A DNA stretch of 62,575 bases, counting the filler, from Choristocarpus tenellus KU-1152 (lineage: Eukaryota; Protista; Phaeophyceae): NCBI GenBank assembly GCA_964200185.2. It is 12 parts of 12 records of this genome, joined end to end, with 100 filler letters (N's around TTAATTAATTAA, not from the genome) between each part and the next. Parts side by side here need not be neighbours in the genome. Positions count along the whole stretch, not along the records: positions 43,783 to 47,543 come from CAXNAD020018086.1; positions 47,644 to 51,705 come from CAXNAD020016416.1; positions 51,806 to 55,724 come from CAXNAD020017148.1; 9 more parts are not named here. The stretch is one strand, 5' to 3'. The position numbers and the translations under genes are program-made. The notes beneath the pieces were generated by a model. The model saw only the letters and a list, made by a program, of their open reading frames with translations, was not told the DNA's origin and did no database searches. Below are positions 43,783-55,824 of this stretch, piece by piece. Each line of letters starts with the position of its first letter. The stretch's first letter is position 1.

Positions 43783-45919
43783 ATACCACCCGTACTACCA
43801 CTCCCTACCCCCACTAACCCCCCCCCTCCACAGGAAATCTAGGCCACCTACCACCACATCCACGTCTGCCTTGGGGGGTTCACACTCCAAGTGTAGCTTC
43901 TGCCTTTGACCAAGTCCAGGTGGAGACCCTGGAGTGGGTAAACATTGCCATGGTTAAGGTCCCTGGCAGGTTCTACACCACCCACACAATCACCCTCATG
44001 CACACAATGGATCTTCTGATACATGAGGTAACTGCCTCAAAGCTGTAGGGGTCATCAGAGCGTCCAAGCTCTTCCACATGATCTCTGGTCTCTCTGGCAA
44101 ATGATGGAAAGTTCTCGAGGGAAGAAAGGTTTGGGGAACATCAAGAGCTCGTAGCATGGCTACTAGAATAATCCCAGAGGACCAGCACACATAGGGAGGC
44201 CATTGGAGAGGACCACAACTCCCGCCAGGAATGCGCTGCAGCTTTGGTACCACTATGTGGAGGAATCTCCAAGGAGGTGAGTGTGCTCCTAGCACAACCC
44301 AGAGCACTGGGGATGGAGGAGACTTTCAGTGTGCTGGTCCCCAAACACTCGAGTGAGAACCAGGATGAGCTTAGGCAGAGACCATCACAGACGCAAAATA
44401 CGGGGTACAAGGGAATTCAAGATCTGGGGAACAAAGGTACTGCCCCCCGGAAGGGGAGTACACCCCCATCCCCATTCGAACGGCCTTCGTGAGGACTAAC
44501 AGCAACTCCGCACCAGGCCCTGACGGGATGCGCCTAGCCACATCAGATCAGCCATCACGACAGGTGTCGGTCACGAAGAAGTGGCGGATGCGTTTGCAAA
44601 ACTATGGGAGCTAGCCTAAACTTCCCCGGACTCTTTACCTCTGGAGTTCTGGACACTTCACACAAACTCCAGACTGTCCACAATTGGGAAGAAGTGTCTC
44701 CCGGTCACCTGTGGGTCTTTCTTCAGAAGGGCGTGTGCTTCAGCTTTCTTCACAGACTGACGCCCCTACCTGGAAGAATTTTTCGGTGGAGTAGGACAAT
44801 TCGGCGTCGGGGTCCCAAATGGAGTAAAGCGTGCACTCCTAGATATTCGCCTAAGGAATGAGTGTAGAGAATGGGTCATCAGTTTAGGCGGAAGAAATGC
44901 TTTCAACTTCATGCGCTGCTCAGCTTTCACCAAGGCTCTCCCGGAGACTCTACCAGGACTTCTGCCTTGTTTCTCCAAGGTATATGGGGACACCTGAAAC
45001 CTTCTTTTCCCCCTGGATGAGGAAGGGATGGAGATCCTGCCATCAAGATCAGGGGTACAACAGGGAGACCCCCTGGGCCCCCCTCTTATATTGCATAGCA
45101 ACACATAAGGCTCTACAGCAGGTTCAATATGCTTTTGGACCCCAAGGGACTTCCTCCCAGAGCTATCTGGACAACACATCCGTATCTTCAAGGGAGATTG
45201 GCCCTAACACCATAACTGCTTTCAAGCAGTTTTAAAGTGACCTCCATGAGGTAGGCATTGACCTCAATACGGACAAGACCTTTGCCGCACCTCCCCAGGG
45301 CCACCAACCCACGCCTTCAGACCTGGAGCTTCTTTCTGTAGCGGGAATCAACCTAGCCCAGAACCCCAATGGTTTTGTCGCATTGTAGGAACAGATGGCT
45401 TTATCCAAGCCATTATGACTGAGGTGATCGAGATCTCTGGGACAAAACCTTTGGTCACACACCTCAGCGAGATGGAGGCCAAACAGGTGGCCTGGCTCCT
45501 CAAATCCTGGTCCCTCTCCTCCCGCCTAGAATATCTTGTGAGGGTCACTCCCCCCCTCCTGGCACGCTCCATGGAGCAAGCAGACAACTCCTCACTATGG
45601 ATACTTGAGAGGATAATGGAGGTAGCACACTCAACAAAGGCAACGAATTTCTTTGAGGGAGGGAGTAACAATGGGTCTCTCCGCCTAGAGACCCACCAAC
45701 AAGTACAGGCACAGATGCCCACAAGTGCGGGGGGTCTGGGCCTCTTCTCTACAAAACACTGCAACATGTGGCTTTCGTAGGATCACTAGTGGTTACTCTC
45801 CCTACCCTCCTAGCAAGGCAGCAAGGGCCTCATGGCAAGTCCTTCTCACAAGCTGTTTGTACGAGCCCCACAGTACAAGCTTTAGGATCGTCCATTCACA
45901 CCCTCCTTTACACAGATAT
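43783..45919 (+). mobile_element. Non-LTR retrotransposon fragment, CRE-clade-like RT, degenerate
   Basis: SAPGPDGMR (domain 0), GQFGVGVPNGV, RNAFN, GVQQGDPLGP, YLDN (YxDD), GIDLNTDKT and later QMPTSAGGLGL; QFGVG and upstream GxISKxxxxL..KH are typical of CRE/Cnl1-type elements. Confidence 0.8.
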
Positions 45920-46238
45920 TGTGCAATTTACCTTGGGAGGTAATGCTATTTATCAGTAGTGAAGACAAGGTGTAAAGCCTCACACGGTTCCCCATTGCTG
46001 AACGTGATTACATGGTTGAAATTAGAAGAGTGACCTTTGTGGGGTGTCTTCTCATTGCTTGTTTATTATTGTGTTTCGCTATCTATTTTAAAGTAGCAAA
46101 AGGGAAAGAATACTCATACATAATTCCATATATAATCCGGATGTACTATCTCATTAGTTACATCACTTGGATTTAATTTCCACACAATAATCTCATATAC
46201 ACAATAAGGTACACCTCACTATTGTCCTATTTTGCACA
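45920..46238 (-). repeat. 3' LTR of a Ty1/copia element (319 bp)
   Basis: TGTGCAA...TTGCACA 7-bp inverted termini, directly after a PPT-like GTGGGAG on the minus strand; truncates the non-LTR element. Confidence 0.75.
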
Positions 46239-47055
46239 CTCCCACATGAGAGTGCAGGCAATGAAGAGTTGCTGGAAATTTTAAACCTAAAAAGCGCTTT
46301 ATTCTGTCAATGTAGTAAAAGAACGCAGATTACTTCAATTTTAACACACGGCATTCATCTAGTCAACAGTGTCTACAAAGTACTCTACCTGCTTCTTACG
46401 TAGTCTTTTGGTCAATATGTCTGCAAGTTGGAGTTTCATGGGAATATATTTTACTATAAAAAATCCTTTGCTAACATACTCCCTGGTGCATTTTAGTTTA
46501 GCATCTACATGCCTTGTCCATGCATTGAAGCCTTCAGTTGTTGCTGCTTGGATTGCACCTCAATTGTCTCCATACCAAGTCGTGACCCCTTTGAGTATGC
46601 CCAGCTTCCCCAGGATACCTCTGAGGAATATTGCATGCCTCATCCATGCACCATCGCTGTCCATTCCGCCTCTGTTGAAGATGTGGTTACAGCTCCCTGC
46701 ATCTTGGATTTCCATGCAACAGGTGCTCCATTCATGAGTATCAGATACCCTGTCACGCTCTGCCTTGATGCAGTGCCATTGCCCCAGTCTGAGTCTCCAT
46801 ACCCGACCAGGCCCCAATTGTCCATTTCACCACCAGCAGGATAGTGTATCCCTACTTCGTGGTGCCCGCTAGGTATTGCAGAACATGTTGTAGTCCTTTC
46901 CAGTGTCGATCGCATGGAGATGCTGCATATCTTACCAGTTCTCGCACACTATTGAATAGGTCCGATCGTGTCATCCCAGCTAGGAACATAAGTTTCCCCA
47001 GGATGGTGCGGTAAGGTTTGTACTCTGGTCCAGCTCCTCCTCGTCAGTTCTTCTT
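46239..47055 (-). pseudogene. Ty1/copia RT C-terminus and RNase H
   Basis: PYRTILGKLMFLAGMTRSD; YGDSDWG..RQSVTGY..VAWKSKMQ..TTSSTEAEW; YGDN; RHVDAK; QLADILTK. Confidence 0.9.
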
Positions 47056-47543
47056 GTGGTCAGGTCCATTCCTGGGTTTAAAGGTGATGAGGTAATAGTG
47101 GCGAAATACGAAAATGGGGGTCAACCAGACGGCAGAGAGGCATGGTTAGAACTAGAACGAGTCTACGGTGGACGCGCAGAGGACGAGATCCCCGTACAAG
47201 TCATCGTCTTGGAGGCGAAACTCCGAGAATTACGGTGCGCGGCATCTCAGGACAGCACTGATTTTGTCGTTAAACTCGAACGACTATTTTCGGAATTCGA
47301 GGAGCTCAAGGAGTCCAATTCCGAAAACATGAAGAGGGCATCTATATTGCTTGGGATCAAGGAAGTGTCACATACATGTGTTCGCGCAATTAATCATGCG
47401 CCCGGACATCAGCTATGAGGAGTTCAAACGGGAAGTCATCTCGTCGACAACTTACCTTCACTCGGGTCAAGATGGTCATGATGGGGTATTGGCAATGCAT
47501 GGCAATGTAAAGAACGGCCATGCTCGGAAGACCAGGGGATCAG
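47056..47543 (+). pseudogene. Ty1/copia gag fragment in opposite orientation
   Basis: DGREAWLELERVYGG..KLREL..DFVVKLERLFSEFEEL (gag/UBN2-like pattern). Confidence 0.7.
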
Positions 47544-47643
47544 NNNNNNNNNNNNNNNNNNNNNNNNNNNNNNNNNNNNNNNNNNNNTTAATTAATTAAN
47601 NNNNNNNNNNNNNNNNNNNNNNNNNNNNNNNNNNNNNNNNNNN

Positions 47644-47682
47644 CTGGTGTAGACTCCCCCACACACACAGATACTTTGGGTC
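47644..47682 (-). mobile_element. MITE family B end at contig start
   Basis: CTGGTGTAGACTCCCCC..AGATACTTTGGGTC; interrupts copia RT. Confidence 0.75.
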
Positions 47683-49885
47683 TTTGCCTTGATGGAAGCT
47701 TGCTTGACATCCCAATGTTTCAATTCTCAGTCTTTGTCTGCAGCTCATGCTAAAACCATTCTCAAGATGCAGGCGACGGTGATTGAGCAAAGGTATCTTG
47801 ATAGTCTAAACCCTCAATCTGTCGAAAACGTTTTGCTACCAAACGTGCCTTGTATCTAACTACCTCGCCGAATTTGTTAGTATAATGCTTGTGAATCATT
47901 TAGTGTCTATTGCCCTGCGTCCAGAGGGTAATGCAGCGTCCACCAAAACACTATTCAATACCAAACCAGATATCTCTTCTGCTCTAGCTCAATCCCAAGA
48001 AATCACATTCTGGAGAGCTACGTGCTGCTCTTACAGTCTTGGGTTCCGGAGGGAGCTTATTCGCTAACACTCTAATAGAATCGGCACTCGCACATACCAC
48101 AAGGGTAGTGTCAATGGAAACAGAACAGACAAATACGTCAAAAAAAAATTGAAGGCATACCCAAAACAGCATCTTTGGTAGAAGTATCCTGGCGATTACC
48201 AGATCTGGTTCGACGAGGGAGCGTGTTGCTGTTGCCATTCCCTCTCGTGAGATGTTGAATTTGCTTTTTGCATTGACTGTTCTTATTCTCATTCTCCCGA
48301 GTCGTTATTTCCATCATTGGTGTCAGCATCCACAGTTTTACCACCATCAACCCATGTAGCTTCAGATTCATCACCATCACCCAATCCTCCTTCAATCCAG
48401 AAGATTCCATCTTCATCATCATCATCATCACATTCACCCCCCATCTCCTGGATATGGGTAGTCCTTCCGTGAGCATGGGGAGGGAGAATGTACCCTGGGG
48501 TGTCTTCTAAGTCTTCATCATCTGGGGGTGGTTCATATTTCGACGTCAGCTGTGTACATAGATTTCCCACTTTTAAAAAAGTGGAAGACCCTCCCGATCG
48601 TATATGTAATATGCCTCACCAGTTCCCTTCATGGTTAGGTCTTTCGCCATCCCAGCAGAGTGTGGAGATAGTAGATCGAATACAATATCAACGACTAGTG
48701 CAACAGGCGCCAAAGTAACTTGTTCCCACTCATCAAGGCCGACATTGAAATTTATATCAAGTTTGCCATGCCCCATATTGGGCAGTGATGTACCATTGCT
48801 CACCGTGCCATGGTTGACCACAGCAGCTAACATGGTCTTGAATTTTCTCCCTCCACTTCCTTTCCTTGCTGGTTCCATTGCTGATCCAGCTTAATCATCT
48901 GCCTGCTTAGATGGCGTCACTCTCATTAGTCAATTCAGCTAAAGGTATCCATTATCTCCAAAGTTGTTGGAATCATCTCATGCTTACAGCGTCACTCACG
49001 TCTGGTGACTTAGCTGAAGGTGTCCATTATATCTCCAAAGTTGTTGAAATCTTCTGCATGCTTAGACGGCGTCACTCTCGTCTGGTGACTTAGCTGAAGG
49101 TGTCCATTATCTCCAAAGTTATTGAAATCTTCTGCATGCTTAGACGGCGTCACTCTCGTCTGGTGACTTAGCTGAAGGTGTCCATTACCTTCAAAGTTGT
49201 TGAAATCATTCGTCTGCTTAATGAATGAGCAGTGTTTTGAACCGACGCACCCTCGAACGCTCATCGATTCCATGATGTTGCAGGTAATGCTTGGTGATCT
49301 GGTAGTCGTCATCCAGAGAATCTGGTATAGTGATTTGAAGTGCCTGCTCCGACATTTCATGTCCCATCAATGCCATTTGGCTTACCCAGTCTAGCATATT
49401 GGTGAAGGTGATTTGGGGGCCGGATCCCTGTGGCATTTTTACATGACCATCTTCTGCTAACTCGCAATTTCCTCATCTAAATGGGTAAGAATTTGTTCCC
49501 TCAACTGCTTCCCAGCTTCCGATAGTGAAGCTGCATTGCGCACAATGCACCTGAAGAAGCCAGTGGTACTTATTAAAAAAAAATCATACGCCATTTTCGC
49601 CTTGGCAATATCACCACCAGTCACGTCCTCCCCCTTGATGAGGTTATTATCACCCACTCTGATGGACTCCTCCCTTTCGTCGAGTGGCTTGTCAATGTTG
49701 CCCTTTGCGCCAAGAAATGCACGCATTGTGGCAACCAGTCAGCGTAATTGTCGTCGGACAATTGAAGGAGTTTGGTGTGAATCCCATATAAGGCCATGAG
49801 TGATGTAAACCTAAAACCCAAACCAATCCAGTTCGGATGCACCTCTCCTAGGTAGAGTGTGTCAATATAAGAGCTTATAAGCGTG
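47683..49885 (-). mobile_element. Internally deleted Ty1/copia element (gag, partial PR, RT start; no integrase)
   Basis: gag LSDDNYADW..MRAFL; PR C-terminal half GHGKLDI..VTL..VALV..DLLS; EPKTVRAARSSP; LPSGRRAIDTK; YKARLVAKRFRQIEGLDYQDTFA. Confidence 0.8.
48904..49220. repeat. Tandem repeat, ~78-bp unit, ~4 copies, inside copia gag
   Basis: TGCTTA-started units at 48904, 48981, 49059, 49137 and 49215; minus strand encodes KHAEDFNNFGDNGHLQLSHQTRVTPS. Confidence 0.9.
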
Positions 49886-50487
49886 TTGAAAAGTTTAGCG
49901 CACGAAAGGGCTCATCGCCCAAAGCCGCGTGTTGATTTACATGGTGAACATACCCTGAATATTAATTTTCAGCTGGCCCTTTGTCTTGGACATCAATTAT
50001 CCCCCCAACATATGATGAAAGACTGACCCATCACACAGCTATGTACGTTACTTTGTGTTGTACCGAACTAAAGATAAACGTGCATGAAACTATGACTATG
50101 ATATATGCTTGTATCAGCACACACAACATAAGGATACCACTAGAGGTTATTCGACACACTGGACATGTGAAAGTGACGGCAATGGGGGGTAACTGGAGAT
50201 ATGGATTAATGCGGGAGGGAAGGAAGAAGTGATGATATAGTGGTTGAGAAGGAGGAGAGTGGATAGAACACGCCAAGACGAGCCTATTAATTGTCCAGAA
50301 TTCGTGAGCAAAGCAAAATCTTGCTTGTTCATCGGGGCTGCAAAATTTATGGTACATTTTATTCCGAACGGAGGAAGTAATAATGTACAGATCAATAACT
50401 GCTCCAGAGTTGTAAGATACTAGAGTGTTTGAGCAAAATGAAATTAACTATCGAAGAGTTTAATCTAATGAAATTTCTCGTTTCTAG

Positions 50488-50634
50488 TTGGAAACTATAG
50501 TGAAAAGCAATTATGACGTCAGTAAGACCCTCCGGGCAATAGAGGAATTATTCAATCGAAGCGACCAAAACGCATTTGTTTTTGCCAACCAAAATGCTAC
50601 AAAAGCTGCATGTACAAGGACAAAACTCACAATG
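50488..50634 (+). CDS. Possible exon with an ELM2-like helix
   Basis: TTTCTAG acceptor; LETIVKSNYDVSKTLRAIEEL resembles ELM2 'L...NYDV.KAL..L'. Weak. Confidence 0.25.
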
Positions 50635-51462
50635 GTTTGGGTACCATGGGAGATGCGCGTTATGTTTGCTAGCATGTCGCACCCTTTCGCTGGCTCAGTC
50701 GAAACCCCGATCGTTAGCCAGGAACTACGACTACCTCGCCAGAATAGGACGTCAATGCACGATGAGGTATCAAGCCAAACTTCACTGCCACACCAAGAGG
50801 TTTTATCAGTGTAGTGGCAACCCTCACACCAATGCTTCAACCTGTTGTAACCCAGAACTCCTCGCCCGCTGTATGTGCTGCCTCAAACAGACAACCTGAT
50901 TCAGTATCAACAAAATACGGAACTCGTTCATTCCAAAAAGCAACGCATCAAAACCAGTTCGACCAGTCACATCCATTCCACAGCCTGAGCTTCGACCCCT
51001 ACTTTCCTTAACCACAGACAAGGCGAACGATAGAAGTCGATACAATTAGGACAAAGACCTACCTCCATCGCTCAATCTACTAGGGAATGTTCGAAATAGA
51101 CGGAAGCTAACACGGGCTACGGAAGACTACTCTTTCGTCACAACAGGCCCACTAACCCTGTTGTTGAAGATGGTTTGAATTTGCCTGTCACCTTGAGGTG
51201 GCGTTTCTTGTTTTTTGCATTTTTTCTTTTTGATAGTAAATTTCATTTTGCATAATCTGATTTTCGTAGTTGATTTTCTTATCGCAATTATATCAATTTG
51301 GATAATATATTTCATTTTGCGCAAACACTCTTAACACTCGACTAATGTGCTTACGCAAAATGAAATACTTTGCTTTGCTCACGAATTCTGGATTACTATT
51401 GTTTTTTTCTCTTTTTGCATTCCTCCCTATTCCCTTTTCTCCCCACATTCTATCAACACTTG

Positions 51463-51705
51463 TGACAAACCAGTGCGACCTCTTCAACACTGATTTCCAG
51501 TACCCTCCACCTCTGATGACCAACCAGGGCAAACCCCCTTCGCCATTGATTTCCAGTCACCCCCCACATCCAATGACCAAACAGGGTGAACCCCCCTTTG
51601 CCAGTGATTTCCAGTCACCCCCAACATCTATCTGATGACCAACCAGGGCGAACCCCCTTCACCACTAATTTCCAGTACCCTCCACCTCTGATGACCAACC
51701 AGGGC
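51463..51705. repeat. Tandem repeat, ~55-62-bp unit, >=4 copies, cut by contig end
   Basis: Unit ~TGACCAACCAGGGCRAACCCCCTTCRCCAYTGATTTCCAGTYACCCYCCACMTCTGA. Confidence 0.88.
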
Positions 51706-51933
51706 NNNNNNNNNNNNNNNNNNNNNNNNNNNNNNNNNNNNNNNNNNNNTTAATTAATTAANNNNNNNNNNNNNNNNNNNNNNNNNNNNNNNNNNNNNNN
51801 NNNNNCCATCACCAGGTGGTACAGTGACGAAGTCTTTGGGGAAGCCTGGTCACGGCGGGCGAAGGGAGAACCTGAGTGACCGACCGAAGGGAAGGTTGGT
51901 GAGCCGGAGTGGCTTGAGGAAACGAGAAAGAAG

Positions 51934-52650
51934 GTGTTAGGGTTAGGCTACAAGGGCTCTGAAGTCCGAAAGAAGGTCGAAAGGTCTCGCAAGACGGAGG
52001 AAAAAGCGATTGTAACAAAGGCAGCTGTGGAGACTTTTCGATACCACCAAATCCTCTACCTAGGAGAGGTCGCGAAGCAGGTGGAGGTAGCCTTCGACGA
52101 GGACGACAGGGAAGAAGAGGAGATGAGATTGAGACTATGTGCACACTGATAGTTTGGTGTCTCCCACTTCTTGCAAGATGCCGTACATTCACTTTTGTTC
52201 CTCCTGGACTTAGGGTTGGACGTATATAGTTGATTAAGACTTTCTCACGATCTGCATTCATTCGAGAACCAACACAATTTTCGATCATCTCAAGCCTGTC
52301 CTCCCTCGCCCTTGCGCCTTGATGATAAAATATCACCTGTCCAGGAAACACGGACGATGCCCATTTCCGGCGCTCAATGAGGAAATGTGATAGTAAAAGG
52401 CTGCAACGCTGCGAATCCTGTACCTGTGCATGAACGATGGGAAAGACCGCCAAACGGCGTTCGAGATGGCAGCAGGATATGCGATGGTCAGGTCGGAAAC
52501 TGTGAGTAAATGGGAGAGAGACTTCCTAACTAAGGGCCACATCAAGGTGTCTGAGCAAGGGCGCGACGAGAGGCGTTTTGTTCTAGGCCTCGACGAGGAC
52601 ATCCTTGCCGAGGTGAAAGAGTGGGTGCGTGGACTCACAGGAAGAAAGGG
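51934..52650 (+). pseudogene. DNA transposase N-terminal (HTH) fragment, IS630/Tc1/mariner-related
   Basis: SETVSKWERDFLTKGHIKVSEQGRDERRFVLGLDEDILAEVKEWVR resembles 'TIR.W...F...G....S.QG.H.....L.DED....V..W.R' seen before DDE cores of eukaryotic ITm-like transposases; stops upstream. Confidence 0.45.
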
Positions 52651-55600
52651 TGGGGAGACTTTTTCCTACCTTAACCCTATGCTTTAATCAAGTAATAGTG
52701 TATCTGTTGCCACTCTTGGTGACCTACAATCCAGGGTTCGAACACCACCAATCTGAACGCAAAAATAGAAAAAAATGTTGAAAAAAACAAACCCCGTACT
52801 CTGGAGGGCAGTGTGATGGGCATCATGAATATACTTTCATTTTTTTAATCCAATGTCTACATCAAAAGTTATAACAGGACAACCCCAGAGGCATAAGTTA
52901 TTGGTGCCACTATATTGTGTTTATATTTTCATGGTACAATTTTTTTTTCATGTCCAACCTGTATGGTCGTTTTGGCTAGTTGGTTTGTGAGTTGGACGGT
53001 TACAATGAGGCCTTCTGCATAAAAATAGTGGTGCGTATAGATAGCAGTACAGGATTTATAGAATAATCCACGGACACACACAACAATCAAAACAAGATTC
53101 TTGAACCATGAGCAATGACGAAGCCTGTACTGGCGACCTACAGGAGCTTTATATGACGTCGACCTTTCTGACACCATATGCTGTGGTGCCCACTCAAGAG
53201 AAATCTGTTTGGCTAAGCGACACCAAACGAAAATTCGTAGATTTCAGGGAACAAGGCGAGGCCTACACTACAAGGATACTTTATTTACACTTTCTGGACA
53301 CACATTCTGTCAAATATTTTGAATCCTCACCTTCGATGTTCTCCAATTATTCACGAATATTCGCAGGACCAAGTGTGGCCACGACCAAGCCCGTCGTCGT
53401 CAAGAAAAGGACAGACATGGTGTGTGCTTCCGACGCTCTTCTGTAAATCACTTTCTCTCTTAAAATTCGATAAGAACACTGAACAACACGTGCGAGTCCC
53501 GTGGTCTTGTCACCTCACTTCCTGGCTTGATACGGTGAAAAGGCTGATTGTTTACAAAATGTCTATTTCTCTTCCATTCTCCTCCTCTTCCATCATGGAT
53601 TACAGATCAATACCAAAGGGTGGAGGGCACTATCGGCCTCATTTTGATGGTGTAAGCTCATTCCCCGAAACGTTGCCCATTCCAAAAAACAATGCAATCT
53701 CAATATATGCGTACACGCCTCCTGATACTATGTGTTGCACCCCCAGCCATCCAACGCTTGATATCTGGAGGATCTCCGCAGTTCCCTCCCAGAAAAAAGT
53801 CACTTTGAAAGCTGGAACATGCCCATCGTATGAGCAAGCATTTACGAACATCAACTATAAAATCATTCTGAAGTGCCCTGCATGCCTCATATCTCATGAT
53901 CTGGATGTCTTCCTTTCATGCGTTTGATCTGTCAGGGAGCAATCATTGGCTTCCAGGGTCGGACAGCTGGTAGCATTGGATCGGAGAGCCGAGATGTGCA
54001 TGGTATGGGTTATTTCCATTCAGCTAGGATAAAGGATGATGAATTTTGGGATGGGAGGCAAGCCTTAAGGCTACTCCATGGTTGGCAATACATCGAGCCT
54101 CTCATTACCCTCCCCGTGTCAACAAGATAGTTGAGGCGTAAGAGAGAGGGTGTTGAAGGGAAGGGTGGAGTGAGGATATGGGTGGGGTTGAACAACGGTG
54201 GGTGAGAGGGTTCATTTATACACCATCTTTAAAAGGGGATGATGAACACTTCAAATATCAAGGAATTATTTGCAGCAGCCAATATGATTCTGTTCAGGAT
54301 ACACATATTGCTCTTTTGGGGTTACATTGTTGATCTATCTCTGTTCGTTCACCACCAACCAAATATTCCTGACACAAATTCCATATAGTCATAATATTGG
54401 CACATCAAAGAGGCAGTACCACGCCTTTAATAACAACCACAAGAAACTAATGAGTGAGCAAAAATAAGTCAGCACTGGCAAGACCTTCATCCTTGCATTA
54501 CTTGCCACACAGGGTATCAATTCTTACTGGAGTCAATATAGCATCTTCGTATGAGGCAGTGGGTTTTGGAATGCAAAAACAACTCTATAGCGACACACAA
54601 TTTATCTCTTGTGCACTCCACTCCTATCCCCCTTAGAACGCAAGGAGTCAATCCAAGTGCTCACCCTTTTGTTCTATGACGGCCTCCGCAAAGGGTTCAA
54701 CAATCTGACAATTGGTGTAATGTTCAGAATCCTGTTCTTCCATCATCTATGGTTTTACCACGATAATATCTTGAGCCCAATGAGATCAAATAACAGCGAA
54801 AAGCCCAAGGTCGTACCATACATAATTTCATAGGGATATTTCCTTAAAATGTTCAACTCAGCTGTTGTTCCTAATCCCTTGCCCTTCTCGTTCCCATTAA
54901 TGCCCTTCAATATTGAGTAGTATTCACACCCACAAGCATGGCACAAGCACTCTGTGTTCCACTTCTGTTGTCATTTCCAGCTAGGGCAAACAAAGTAGGC
55001 AGTAAGGCGCAATAAGGCCATCACCTATAGTACTAGTGCTCTCATTGCTTTCTATCTCCGCACCAGCAAGGACCCTCATCTCCTTTCCCACCTCGGCATA
55101 ACGATTATTTATTTTTTTGCTTGGTCGTTTGCCCAATGGAGACCAGTCTTTACACCTCACTTTCAAACATACGTCGAGGAGCGCGACCGAATGTTCTTCA
55201 GGAGGCGAGATGACTTCTCGGAGTACGCAGAGGCCAAGGCACGAGACCCCTCAAGATCAAAGAAGTGACTCAAGCTTGGCGATGCCAGCAGCAGGGACTC
55301 GCCTTTTAGAAAACTACTACGTACACGTTGGGGGTGGGAGCACTATTGTAACGTGTTGCCCATAGTACTTGTTGATGGGCCTGGGTTTTTGATGACGTGG
55401 GTAGATCGAAGAACCGGGTTGAATGCGTGTGGTTCTCTTGCTTGGGCAGTAGCCACAGGCGAGTTTGAGCAAGTACAGAAATGATTCGCATTGAGGGCAG
55501 AACGTCAACGGGGGTGGGGGACACTAGTGTAGATTGAGCGCGAGACATCGAAGAATGCACAAGTGGTTTGTCAATATCTCGTTTTCTCTTGTGCGATTTA

Positions 55601-55699
55601 TTTGTGAAGATTTTTTTTCTGTTCTTCTCCTGCCTAGCCACTTGCGTTCAGTTGGATGACAATTTTTTACAAGAAAATAACTTGTCTCCTCCACATTGT

Positions 55700-55724
55700 G
55701 ACCCGAAGTATCTGGGAGGGGGGG
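55700..55724 (+). mobile_element. MITE family B end, cut at contig break
   Basis: GACCCGAAGTATCTGGGAGGGGGGG. Confidence 0.65.
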
Positions 55725-55824
55725 NNNNNNNNNNNNNNNNNNNNNNNNNNNNNNNNNNNNNNNNNNNNTTAATTAATTAANNNNNNNNNNNNNNNNNNNN
55801 NNNNNNNNNNNNNNNNNNNNNNNN

